DNA of 64,000 nucleotides from a virus: IMG/VR virus record IMGVR_UViG_2795385552_000001; one strand, 5' to 3'. Shown piece by piece: positions 9,754 to 17,506 of this stretch (position 1 is its first letter; each line of letters starts with the position of its first letter). The notes under the pieces were generated by a model. It saw only the letters and a program-made list of their open reading frames with translations, ran no database searches and was not told where the DNA came from. The position numbers and the translations under genes were made by a program.

Positions 9754-10097
9754 TCACCCTTGACGAGTACCAGCGTCGCGCGGCTGAGACCGCCATCTAC
9801 CCCGGCGCGGACGACACCAGCAGTGTTGACGGACTGGCCTATGTCGCAATGGGTCTGGTCGGTGGGGCCGGCGAGATCGCGAACAAGGTCAAGAAGGTGC
9901 TGCGCGACGACGGTGGCGTGCTCACCGACGACGCGCGGATGCGCATTATGTTCGGTCTGGGCGACGTGCTTTGGTACGTCGCCCAGACCGCAACCCAGCT
10001 CGGCGCCGATCTGGACTCGATCGCGGGCATCAATATCGCCAAACTGGCTTCGCGTTCTGAACGTGGAACCCTGCAAGGGGCTGGTGATACGCGATGA
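9750..10097 (+). CDS. MazG-like nucleotide pyrophosphohydrolase
   Basis: LDEYQRRAAETAIYP ... GLVGGAGEIANKVKK ... LGDVLWYVAQTA matches all-alpha NTP-PPase (MazG) fold motifs. Confidence 0.7.
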   Translation: MITLDEYQRRAAETAIYPGADDTSSVDGLAYVAMGLVGGAGEIANKVKKVLRDDGGVLTDDARMRIMFGLGDVLWYVAQTATQLGADLDSIAGINIAKLASRSERGTLQGAGDTR

Positions 10098-10585
10098 AGA
10101 AAAAGCGACTGCTGCGATTAGTCGCCACCGAGCGCGAGCGCGCCGGGCAGTGTCAGAAGACGATCGAACGGCTCACCTGTGAGGGTGAACAGAATCGCCA
10201 GAACCACAAGGAGACTCGCGAGAAGCTACAGCGCGCGATGGGGCTGATTCGCAAGGCCGAGCGCGCAGCGGCATTCCTCACGCTACCCGAGTTCGGTTCC
10301 ATTCCACACTGTCCGATGTGCGACGAGAGACTGGGAGATATTCAGGTTCGCCTAGTCGGCTGGACGGAGCCGGACACGCCATTCACGAAGTCCTACAGCG
10401 TGCCCACAAGCGGTGGTAGCCCTTACCTGTCTACCGGTTTCGTGAACTACAACGAATGGTACGGAGTCACGCAGGCTTCGGACGAGAACGCCGACACGCC
10501 AACGCATCTGGTCTACCAGTGCGGTTGCGGCTACATCTTCCGCACCAAGGCGCGCAAGGACACGCCGAGGGCGGTCATCACGTGA
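10094..10585 (+). CDS. hypothetical protein with zinc-ribbon-like Cys pairs
   Basis: HCPMCDER ... YQCGCGY. Confidence 0.5.
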   Translation: MKKKRLLRLVATERERAGQCQKTIERLTCEGEQNRQNHKETREKLQRAMGLIRKAERAAAFLTLPEFGSIPHCPMCDERLGDIQVRLVGWTEPDTPFTKSYSVPTSGGSPYLSTGFVNYNEWYGVTQASDENADTPTHLVYQCGCGYIFRTKARKDTPRAVIT

Positions 10586-10770
10586 CCACACATAAACGCT
10601 ACGACTACAGGGATAGGCACGACCGCGTGACCGGGGACGATGCGCAGACGCGACGACTCAACGCGCAGATCGCAATGATTCGACGCGCTCGCGACCGTGG
10701 TTTTCACATCAGCGAGACGGAGGCCAACCTAGCCGGATTACAGTACAAGCCGCTCGACACCAAACCGTAA
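10582..10770 (+). CDS. small hypothetical protein (GTG start)
   Basis: 62-aa ORF, GTGA overlap with upstream stop. Confidence 0.35.
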   Translation: MTTHKRYDYRDRHDRVTGDDAQTRRLNAQIAMIRRARDRGFHISETEANLAGLQYKPLDTKP

Positions 10771-10836
10771 CCGGCTGCGCCGGAACGAGATACGTGCGCC
10801 GCGCGTATCAACTACCAGGAATGAAAGGATCAACCA

Positions 10837-11301
10837 ATGAGTGATGACCTATTCGACGGTCCAGGCTCAGCCGATGTCATCAACTGGGAGGACTTGGAGA
10901 AGCGACTTCTGCTCGTCCAGCCTCTTGAGCTGAAAGTGGGTGTGCCCACCAAGAACTACGGCCCGAAGGATGCCATCGAGGCCAACGTTCACGTACTGGA
11001 CGGCCCCGAGGCTGGCTCGGTGTACCGCAGCGGCTACGTCTTCCCGCTGGTGCTGCAAGGTCAGATCAAGGGCAACATCGGCACTGGCCGGTTCAACCTG
11101 GGTCGCCTCGGCAAGGGTGTGCCGAAGCCCGGCCAGAAGCCGCCCTGGACGCTGAGTGAGCCCACCGAGGATGAGAAGGCGCTGGCGCGAAAGTATCTCG
11201 CCAGCGACAAGTTCCAGCAGAACATGGCCGCACCCGTCGCCGCGGCGTCCGCACCTGCGGATGATCCGTGGTCGAACAACAGCGCCGAACCACCGTTCTG
11301 A
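10837..11301 (+). CDS. hypothetical protein
   Basis: 154-aa ORF with GAAAGG RBS-like motif upstream. Confidence 0.5.
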   Translation: MSDDLFDGPGSADVINWEDLEKRLLLVQPLELKVGVPTKNYGPKDAIEANVHVLDGPEAGSVYRSGYVFPLVLQGQIKGNIGTGRFNLGRLGKGVPKPGQKPPWTLSEPTEDEKALARKYLASDKFQQNMAAPVAAASAPADDPWSNNSAEPPF

Positions 11302-11357
11302 TAAGCGGCCGCGGCTAGAGCGGATGCATCCCCCGCCCGTGTCTGCTCGCCCCGGCA

Positions 11358-11430
11358 GGCGCCTCACCCTCGTCCCGCGGTGCGCCCTGTCGCCCCTACC
11401 GACAGGCGCGGGACCGAGGGGTGAGGCGCC
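11358..11430. promoter_or_regulatory. long compound hairpin (outer ~20-bp stem, inner 7-10-bp stem) in intergenic region, no U-tract
   Basis: ggcgcctcaccctcgtcccgcg ... cgcgggaccgaggggtgaggcgcc with inner cctgtcg...cgacagg. Confidence 0.5.
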
Positions 11431-11476
11431 ACCCCAAACGTACCGATACACGACGACAACCAACGCGGAGAAGGAA

Positions 11477-12271
11477 ATGACCGAGATTACTCATCAGATC
11501 AATCAGCAATCGCCGTTCGACGCTGGCCGGATCTCATGCCCACAGGGCGGCGAGGGCTGCTGGTCTGCCCGCTGGCTCATGGGCCAGATGGGATACCCGA
11601 CTTGGCAGTACTTCGAGCCGGTAATCGAGCGAGCCAAGCAGGCGGCAGCCAACCAAGGTTTCAACGTCAGGACCCTTTTCATGGTCAAGCATGAAAAGAC
11701 TGGTGGGAGGCCGCAAACCGACTACCACCTGACGCGGTTCGCGGCCTATCTCGTGGCGATGAACGGAGACCCGCGCAAGCCAGAGGTCGCCGCGGCGCAA
11801 GAGTACTTCGTTGTGAAGACGCGCGAGGCCGAGACACGACCCGCGTTCGATCCGGCGTCGCTGACCCGGCAGGAGATCCTGCGGATGGCGCTCAACGCCG
11901 AAGAGGAGCGGATGGCGCTGGAGGCCGAGAACAGAGAACTTAGCCCGAAGGCTGAGGCGTTCGACAGCTTCCTAGACACCACAGGGAAGTTCGGCGTCGG
12001 CGCGGTCGCGAAGATGCTCGGCACATCTCAGAACAAACTGTTTCGAGACCTGCGCAATGTGGGTGTGCTCATTCCCAAAGGCTCAATGCGCAACACCCCG
12101 TATCAGCAGTACATGCATCACTTCGAGGTGATCGCTCATGAATATGAGCGAACCAACGGCGAGATGGGTTGCAGCTATACAACATACGTTCAGCCGTCTG
12201 GCATCGACTTCATTCGCCGGAAGCTGGGGCTGTCAGCTATCGACCCTGTGCCGCTCGTCAGCGTGCCATGA
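11477..12271 (+). CDS. phage antirepressor (Bro-N plus KilA-C/ANT domains)
   Basis: N-term Bro-N-like WSARWLMGQMGY ... C-term KilAC-like KFGVGAVAKMLGTSQNKLFRDLRNVGVL. Confidence 0.7.
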   Translation: MTEITHQINQQSPFDAGRISCPQGGEGCWSARWLMGQMGYPTWQYFEPVIERAKQAAANQGFNVRTLFMVKHEKTGGRPQTDYHLTRFAAYLVAMNGDPRKPEVAAAQEYFVVKTREAETRPAFDPASLTRQEILRMALNAEEERMALEAENRELSPKAEAFDSFLDTTGKFGVGAVAKMLGTSQNKLFRDLRNVGVLIPKGSMRNTPYQQYMHHFEVIAHEYERTNGEMGCSYTTYVQPSGIDFIRRKLGLSAIDPVPLVSVP

Positions 12272-12477
12272 GTGCGCCAGCGCCAGCCTGTAAGTGCGGT
12301 CACGATGATGACACGCACGTGGCGGGGTTCGGCCAGTGTCTCGGCTGTACGCACTGCCCAGACATCCCGCACAACGCGAAATCCGGGCATGTCTATGCGC
12401 GCTGCCTATGCACCGAGTTCAGGCGTGACGACGAAAACGCCAGCCAGACAGCGCGACTGATGGGGATGACGGGATGA
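12268..12477 (+). CDS. small Cys/His-rich protein
   Basis: CKCGHDDDTH ... CLGCTHCPD ... CLC. Confidence 0.45.
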   Translation: MSAPAPACKCGHDDDTHVAGFGQCLGCTHCPDIPHNAKSGHVYARCLCTEFRRDDENASQTARLMGMTG

Positions 12478-12923
12478 GCGAGATCGAGAAAGTCGCCAGC
12501 ACGATCAGGCTAGAGACGCCCGAGGTGACGACCAAGGCGATGACGACAGGCCCTTTCGCTGGCCGTGAGGTCTTCGACGCGGGTCAGACCCAAGGCGTTG
12601 AATGGGCCGTCATCGTCGGGCCGGTCTATCGCGTGTTCAACGGGTATGTACTGGTACCAGAAGGTCATCCGTGGCATGGCGTCCCGTACTTCGACATTGA
12701 TGTAGTTGTGCATGGCAGCTTGACATATGGCGAAATGTGGCCGGGCAACAGTTACGTCATCGGGTTCGACACAACACACTTTCTGGATGTGTGGCCCGGC
12801 GTCTGGCCACCTGCAGGATTCCCACCCATTGACTTGCCGATCGTCTGGACGCCCGCCAGGGTGCGCAACGAGGTGCAGGAATTGGCCAAGCAGGTTGCCG
12901 ATGCGCGGGCGGTGGAGGGGTGA
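12474..12923 (+). CDS. hypothetical protein
   Basis: 149-aa ORF. Confidence 0.5.
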   Translation: MSEIEKVASTIRLETPEVTTKAMTTGPFAGREVFDAGQTQGVEWAVIVGPVYRVFNGYVLVPEGHPWHGVPYFDIDVVVHGSLTYGEMWPGNSYVIGFDTTHFLDVWPGVWPPAGFPPIDLPIVWTPARVRNEVQELAKQVADARAVEG

Positions 12924-13147
12924 GCGCCGTTACCGCCCGCGCAAGAGAGATCGCGCAGATGGTTCGCGAAGACGCCGAAAACGATGTCAAGGACTTCGAT
13001 GGGCGCGAGCTAACCGGGCGACTGATCGGTGAAATCAATGGCAACACTAACGGTCTCATTGTCGGACTCGCCAATTGCATTGAGACGCTAGCCTACGAGA
13101 TTGATCGGCTTGAGGATCGGATGCCACCTCAACAGGGGTGGTGGTGA
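12920..13147 (+). CDS. hypothetical protein (GTG start)
   Basis: 75-aa ORF, GTGATG coupling to next gene. Confidence 0.45.
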   Translation: MSAVTARAREIAQMVREDAENDVKDFDGRELTGRLIGEINGNTNGLIVGLANCIETLAYEIDRLEDRMPPQQGWW

Positions 13148-13863
13148 TGTTCACCTACTCCACATGCGTCTCATGCAACACGCTCATGATCGTCACCGAC
13201 GACGACCAGCGCCAGCACCCGGAGTGCGCAGAGAGCGCGCCAGCGCCAACTCTGACGCGCGTGGAGCTGCTGACCGCGGAGTTGCGCGCCGCGGTCTACA
13301 TGGGCGACCAGCACGAGCTTGAGGCCAAGATAGAGGCCGAGCTGAAAGCGCTCGATGAGCAGCCTCCAGCGCTGGGGCTCTCAGCGCTGTTCTACGCCAC
13401 CGAGTACGGCTGGCCCGTGTTTCCGCTGGAGGTCGGCGGCAAGCGGCCGGCGATCGCGAAGAAAGATGGCGGCAACGGATTCAAGGATGCGACGACCGAC
13501 CCTGAGCGCATCAAGAAGTTCTGGACGAAGCACCCACTGTGCAACATCGGCATACCCACCGGCATTCACTTCGACGTGATTGACGTGGACGTGCCCGATG
13601 GCTGGCTTTCGTTGCGCGACATGATCGATGGGGACTACGTGCCGGATGTTCACGGTCGAGTGTCCACCGCGTCTGGTGGCGTACATCTCCTAGTTGAGCC
13701 TACCGGCGACGGCAATTCAGCCAGAGAGGTCGCACCTGGCATCGACTACCGCGGCATAGGTGGTTACGTCGTCGCGCCACCCTCGCGAATAGACCCCCAG
13801 CACCGCTGGTCGTGGACGGTCAAGCCGTCACCGAAAGTAAAGGGAGAGAAGAAGAATGAATGA
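13147..13863 (+). CDS. bifunctional DNA primase/polymerase (PrimPol) N-terminal domain protein
   Basis: WPVFPLEVGGKRP ... NIGIPTGIHFDVIDVDVPDG ... GGVHLLV ... GIDYRGIGGYVVAPPS pattern. Confidence 0.7.
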   Translation: MFTYSTCVSCNTLMIVTDDDQRQHPECAESAPAPTLTRVELLTAELRAAVYMGDQHELEAKIEAELKALDEQPPALGLSALFYATEYGWPVFPLEVGGKRPAIAKKDGGNGFKDATTDPERIKKFWTKHPLCNIGIPTGIHFDVIDVDVPDGWLSLRDMIDGDYVPDVHGRVSTASGGVHLLVEPTGDGNSAREVAPGIDYRGIGGYVVAPPSRIDPQHRWSWTVKPSPKVKGEKKNE

Positions 13864-14161
13864 GTCAACGAACGACAACCCCGAGGTAGAGGTCAGAGAG
13901 GTCAACTCAGAGGTCTTCCTGGACATCTGGCTCGACGGCTTCTCAAGTGGGATGGCCACGCTGATCCTGAACGCGTCCGCTGGTCACGATGATGCACCAC
14001 CCGACGATGTACAAGCTCAGATCGTTCAGCGGACCGTCGAGAAGATCATGGACGACCCGGCGGCGATGGAGACTGCGCGCCAGAAGATTTTTGCGCGCCT
14101 GTTGGGGAAGCCGCAGTACGGCACGACAACGCTCAACATCGCCGCACTCGATACCCCTTAG
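13856..14161 (+). CDS. hypothetical protein
   Basis: 101-aa acidic ORF. Confidence 0.45.
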   Translation: MNESTNDNPEVEVREVNSEVFLDIWLDGFSSGMATLILNASAGHDDAPPDDVQAQIVQRTVEKIMDDPAAMETARQKIFARLLGKPQYGTTTLNIAALDTP

Positions 14162-14225
14162 CCGCTCTGGGCATCAACTACTGGACAACGAATCAACAAA
14201 CACAACAACGACATCGGAGTAATCA

Positions 14226-14354
14226 TGAAGCATTGGATCTACAAGTTCCTCGGCATTGCGGTACCCGAGCACGACGAGACGCCGGCGTACACGCAGACAG
14301 TCAAGCGCCTCGGGTTCGACCCGGAGACGCTGGTCTGGCAGGTGACGGCATGAG
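14226..14354 (+). CDS. small hypothetical protein (42 aa)
   Basis: preceded by conserved CAACAACGACA start-associated motif; ATGA coupling. Confidence 0.3.
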
Positions 14355-14601
14355 CGTTCTGCCGAGCACCGAGGAAGAGCTTGCATGGGAGAGGGGTGTC
14401 AACACATCACTGGACAGACTCATCAGAGATCACCGAGAGCAGACCCAACAGATGAGCGGACCCCCACCGCTGAAGCTGTTGTCCGGGTTGCTGCACATGA
14501 CCTACAAGGCACTGGGGAGCGAAGAATTTCTGAAGATCGAGGATCTGATTGACCTGTTCATCGTGGCACTGGATCGTCTTGCGCGACAGGAGGGGTCGTG
14601 A
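14351..14601 (+). CDS. small protein, paralog 1 of triplicated family (C-terminal LIDLFIVALDRLARQ motif)
   Basis: three tandem ~83-aa genes sharing C-terminal motif, 4-bp overlaps. Confidence 0.5.
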
Positions 14602-14603
14602 TC

Positions 14604-14858
14604 ATGGGCCTCATGGAAGCCATCGCCGACAAGATCAGCGAATGGGTCAAGGACATCAACGATGAACTTGATGAGATGATCGGCGATCACATCGAGCTGA
14701 TCGGCCAGGTAGCGCCAGATCGCAATCTCGCGCTGTGCAGCATCGCGTCACGGTTCGCGTCGATGCACGAGAATCCCGAGCAGGGTGAGATCAATGAGCT
14801 GTGCAGCCTGCTGGTACTCGCCATCGATCGGCTGGCGCGACAGCAGGAGGCGTCATGA
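14604..14858 (+). CDS. small protein, paralog 2 (C-terminal LLVLAIDRLARQ)
   Basis: AGGAGG 10 nt upstream of ATG 14604, embedded in paralog 1 C-terminal codons. Confidence 0.5.
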   Translation: MGLMEAIADKISEWVKDINDELDEMIGDHIELIGQVAPDRNLALCSIASRFASMHENPEQGEINELCSLLVLAIDRLARQQEAS

Positions 14859-15100
14859 CGCATCCGTTCACGCCGACCGATGAGGCTCAAGCGATCGCCT
14901 GGTACGCGAATGTCGAAGCGACTCTTGACACAATGATCAACTCACACCCAGAGTCTGGTCCCATTCCCGCGATGTTCATCGCAGGAATGATGACAGAGAT
15001 GGCCCCAATGAGGCCGGATCTGAAGATGGGAAGCCTGATCGATCTGCTGGTCGTCGCCATCGATCGTCTTGCGCGGCAGCGAGGTACGACCGATGGCTAG
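14855..15100 (+). CDS. small protein, paralog 3 (C-terminal LIDLLVVAIDRLARQ)
   Basis: same family; ATGA overlap. Confidence 0.5.
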   Translation: MTHPFTPTDEAQAIAWYANVEATLDTMINSHPESGPIPAMFIAGMMTEMAPMRPDLKMGSLIDLLVVAIDRLARQRGTTDG

Positions 15101-15326
15101 ACCGTCTCGCACCGTCTACAGCTTCCCCGGCGAGCCCGAAGTTCAGTTCGTGGGCATCTGTCACGACTGCAATCAGGCGCAGCCGTTCCTGAGTCAGATG
15201 TCTAGGGATGAATGGGTGGACGACCATCGGATCGCTCATGGTCATCAGCTCACAAAAACGGTGGAGGTCCACACCAATTCGGCGCGCGTCGAATGCACGA
15301 TGATCAACGATGGGGCGAGCCGATGA
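15093..15326 (+). CDS. hypothetical protein with CxxC/H-rich segment
   Basis: 77-aa ORF ICHDCNQ ... HGHQ. Confidence 0.4.
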   Translation: MARPSRTVYSFPGEPEVQFVGICHDCNQAQPFLSQMSRDEWVDDHRIAHGHQLTKTVEVHTNSARVECTMINDGASR

Positions 15327-15862
15327 GGAATGGTACCGGACCAAACAACCACCGCTGGCTGCGAAAACTGTTGCGCGGCGAGCCGCACCAGCTCATCTAC
15401 AACAGCCATCGCGAGCTGTACCTGAGACGCTGGTACGTCATCCCCCGCAACCCATTGCTGAATGTCTATATCCACCAGTTCATTCACAGCGACGACGATC
15501 GCGCGCCCCATGACCACCCCTGGTGGTTCATCTCGTGGGTGCTCAAGGGTCGCTACATGGAGCACACCGACACTGGCGTGATCCGGCGCGAGCGTTGGTC
15601 ATGGGCGTTCCGGCGGGCAGTCCACCGGCACATCGTGAAGCTCGATGTCACGATGACCCAGGATCGCTACGAGGATGGCTCATGGGCGAGAAGTGTTAGC
15701 CCGCAGGATGTTCCAGCGTGGACGCTGCTCATCACCGGCCGGCGTGTGCGCCAGCGGGGATTCTGGTGCCCGACGCGGTACACGGTAGGACCGGAGCCGT
15801 ATAACCCAGCCGCACGCTTCGTGCCGTGGCAGGACTTCGGCGCGGGTGGGTGCGGTGAGTAG
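15323..15862 (+). CDS. hypothetical protein
   Basis: 179-aa ORF, ATGA overlap upstream. Confidence 0.5.
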   Translation: MRNGTGPNNHRWLRKLLRGEPHQLIYNSHRELYLRRWYVIPRNPLLNVYIHQFIHSDDDRAPHDHPWWFISWVLKGRYMEHTDTGVIRRERWSWAFRRAVHRHIVKLDVTMTQDRYEDGSWARSVSPQDVPAWTLLITGRRVRQRGFWCPTRYTVGPEPYNPAARFVPWQDFGAGGCGE

Positions 15863-16496
15863 CCCATGCCTGGTACATCACGTGGCCGTGGCCGCGGCCA
15901 TCGCCATTCCGATAGCGGCCATCGTCTACGTCGCGCTCTGGTGGGAGCCACCGCTACGGATGATCCCAAACTCCAATGGCATGTCTGCGAGCGATGCGAC
16001 AAGCCCTTCCGGCACGTCAACATCAGAGCACGACTGTGCTATCTCTGCAACGAATCACAACGAAAGGTGTACGGAGACAATGAAAACGACCATTGAGCGC
16101 CTACGCATTGAGCGTGAGGGTGTGGTGAAGTATCTGGACAGCCTGGACAAAGAGATCCGGCGCGAGGAGGCCACAGGCGCACCGGTTGAGCCGAGCTGGC
16201 CCTTCGCGGTCATCACGTTCGTCAAGGTGCGCGAGGATGACCAGCAGCCTTTGAACTACGCGGCCATTCGCAACGGCGACAGGTGGGTGCTCACCCAGGA
16301 CTCGCGATCCAACTACCCGCAGCGCGGGCGCACCTGGGACGACCTCATGCGATGGATCGGCCCGGACGAATGGCCGACCGTCACGGTGATGGTTGAAGGC
16401 CGGAAGGGTCATGTGCAGTTCAACGTGACTGATGGACCGTTAGGCGACGCCGCGTTAAGGGAACTTGACGTCAAGTTACGAGGACAGCAACTATGA
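15846..16496 (+). CDS. hypothetical protein (GTG start; N-terminal TM segment; alternative ATG start at 16079)
   Basis: ORF with hydrophobic VAVAAAIAIPIAAIVYVALWW; high GC3 in first 40 codons. Confidence 0.4.
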   Translation: MGAVSSPCLVHHVAVAAAIAIPIAAIVYVALWWEPPLRMIPNSNGMSASDATSPSGTSTSEHDCAISATNHNERCTETMKTTIERLRIEREGVVKYLDSLDKEIRREEATGAPVEPSWPFAVITFVKVREDDQQPLNYAAIRNGDRWVLTQDSRSNYPQRGRTWDDLMRWIGPDEWPTVTVMVEGRKGHVQFNVTDGPLGDAALRELDVKLRGQQL

Positions 16497-16930
16497 AAAT
16501 GAAGCGAGCCTTGCTCATTCAGGCGATCGACGATGCACTCAAAGCGCACGAGGATGACAAAGCGCGGTATGTGCGCGAGGTTAAGGAGTGGCACGAGAGG
16601 CGCAGCGAACGCTGGTTTGACAGCAGCCTCCCGCGATGGAAAGCGCTACGCGACTTGATCACCGAGAAGGTTAGGCACGGCCAGGCAATCACTGAGGATG
16701 AGGTTAAAAAGGCACTGGGCGCAGAGTGGTTTGGCCATGTGTGCTGGTCCCCGAAAGCGGAGCCGAATTCAAATCAGGTCAAGCGCGTACGTGTGGTGGA
16801 CACCGCTGCACTGGCCTCACTTCGGCGGATGCTGGAAGTCATCACCGACGACGAGGTGAGTACTGCGCAGCTTGAGCGGCTGGGGTTCCGTGGCCTGCAC
16901 AGCGTATTCAGGGCCGCGGCTGGCGTCTGA
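16493..16930 (+). CDS. hypothetical protein
   Basis: 145-aa ORF. Confidence 0.5.
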   Translation: MKMKRALLIQAIDDALKAHEDDKARYVREVKEWHERRSERWFDSSLPRWKALRDLITEKVRHGQAITEDEVKKALGAEWFGHVCWSPKAEPNSNQVKRVRVVDTAALASLRRMLEVITDDEVSTAQLERLGFRGLHSVFRAAAGV

Positions 16931-17104
16931 TGTTCGTCCTGCGAATGTGGTGGCACACGTTCCGCGGTCATCGCGTACTCGGCGAAACTGCTGGGCGCGG
17001 TGACCGCGCGGCGTTCATCTGCTCGTGTGGACGCGTGTGGGACGTGTAGTGCGCTGACGTGGCGCACAATGAGAGGCAATCACAACACACGTCAAGGAGT
17101 GCCC

Positions 17105-17503
17105 ATGGGCTCAGAAACCGAGCTGATCAGCATCATCAAGACGACAATTGCCGGGCACTGGCCCGACAAACAGCAGGATGTAGAGGGTGAGCCGACCCTG
17201 GATGCGGTTGCCGCGGAGATCGCGAATGTGGTCATGTACGCAGCGTTCCCGCAGCGCGTCATTTACGGACCTGACGACCTGATACCCGTCGTGGATGAGG
17301 CGCCCATGGTCAAGTACGTGCACACCATTCACGGGCCGAAGACCATCATCGATCGGCTTCTGGATGGTGAGGACATGCTGGAGATGACGCGAGACGAGTT
17401 CTTCAACGCCCCCGGCGAATGGACAGCACTCGGCGTAGATGCCGATACGGCTCAACGATATGCGGCCATCGGGTCGGCGTCAGAAGACGGCGCATGGATC
17501 TAG
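17105..17503 (+). CDS. hypothetical protein
   Basis: 132-aa ORF with AAGGAG RBS. Confidence 0.45.
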   Translation: MGSETELISIIKTTIAGHWPDKQQDVEGEPTLDAVAAEIANVVMYAAFPQRVIYGPDDLIPVVDEAPMVKYVHTIHGPKTIIDRLLDGEDMLEMTRDEFFNAPGEWTALGVDADTAQRYAAIGSASEDGAWI

Positions 17504-17506
17504 TCC

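Noticed and set aside
15866-16096. 76-aa Zn-ribbon-like ORF in an alternative frame to 15846-16496
   Set aside because: It overlaps the GTG-initiated ORF whose first 40 codons show a stronger GC3 signal. I cannot resolve which is real, so only the longer ORF is listed, at low confidence.
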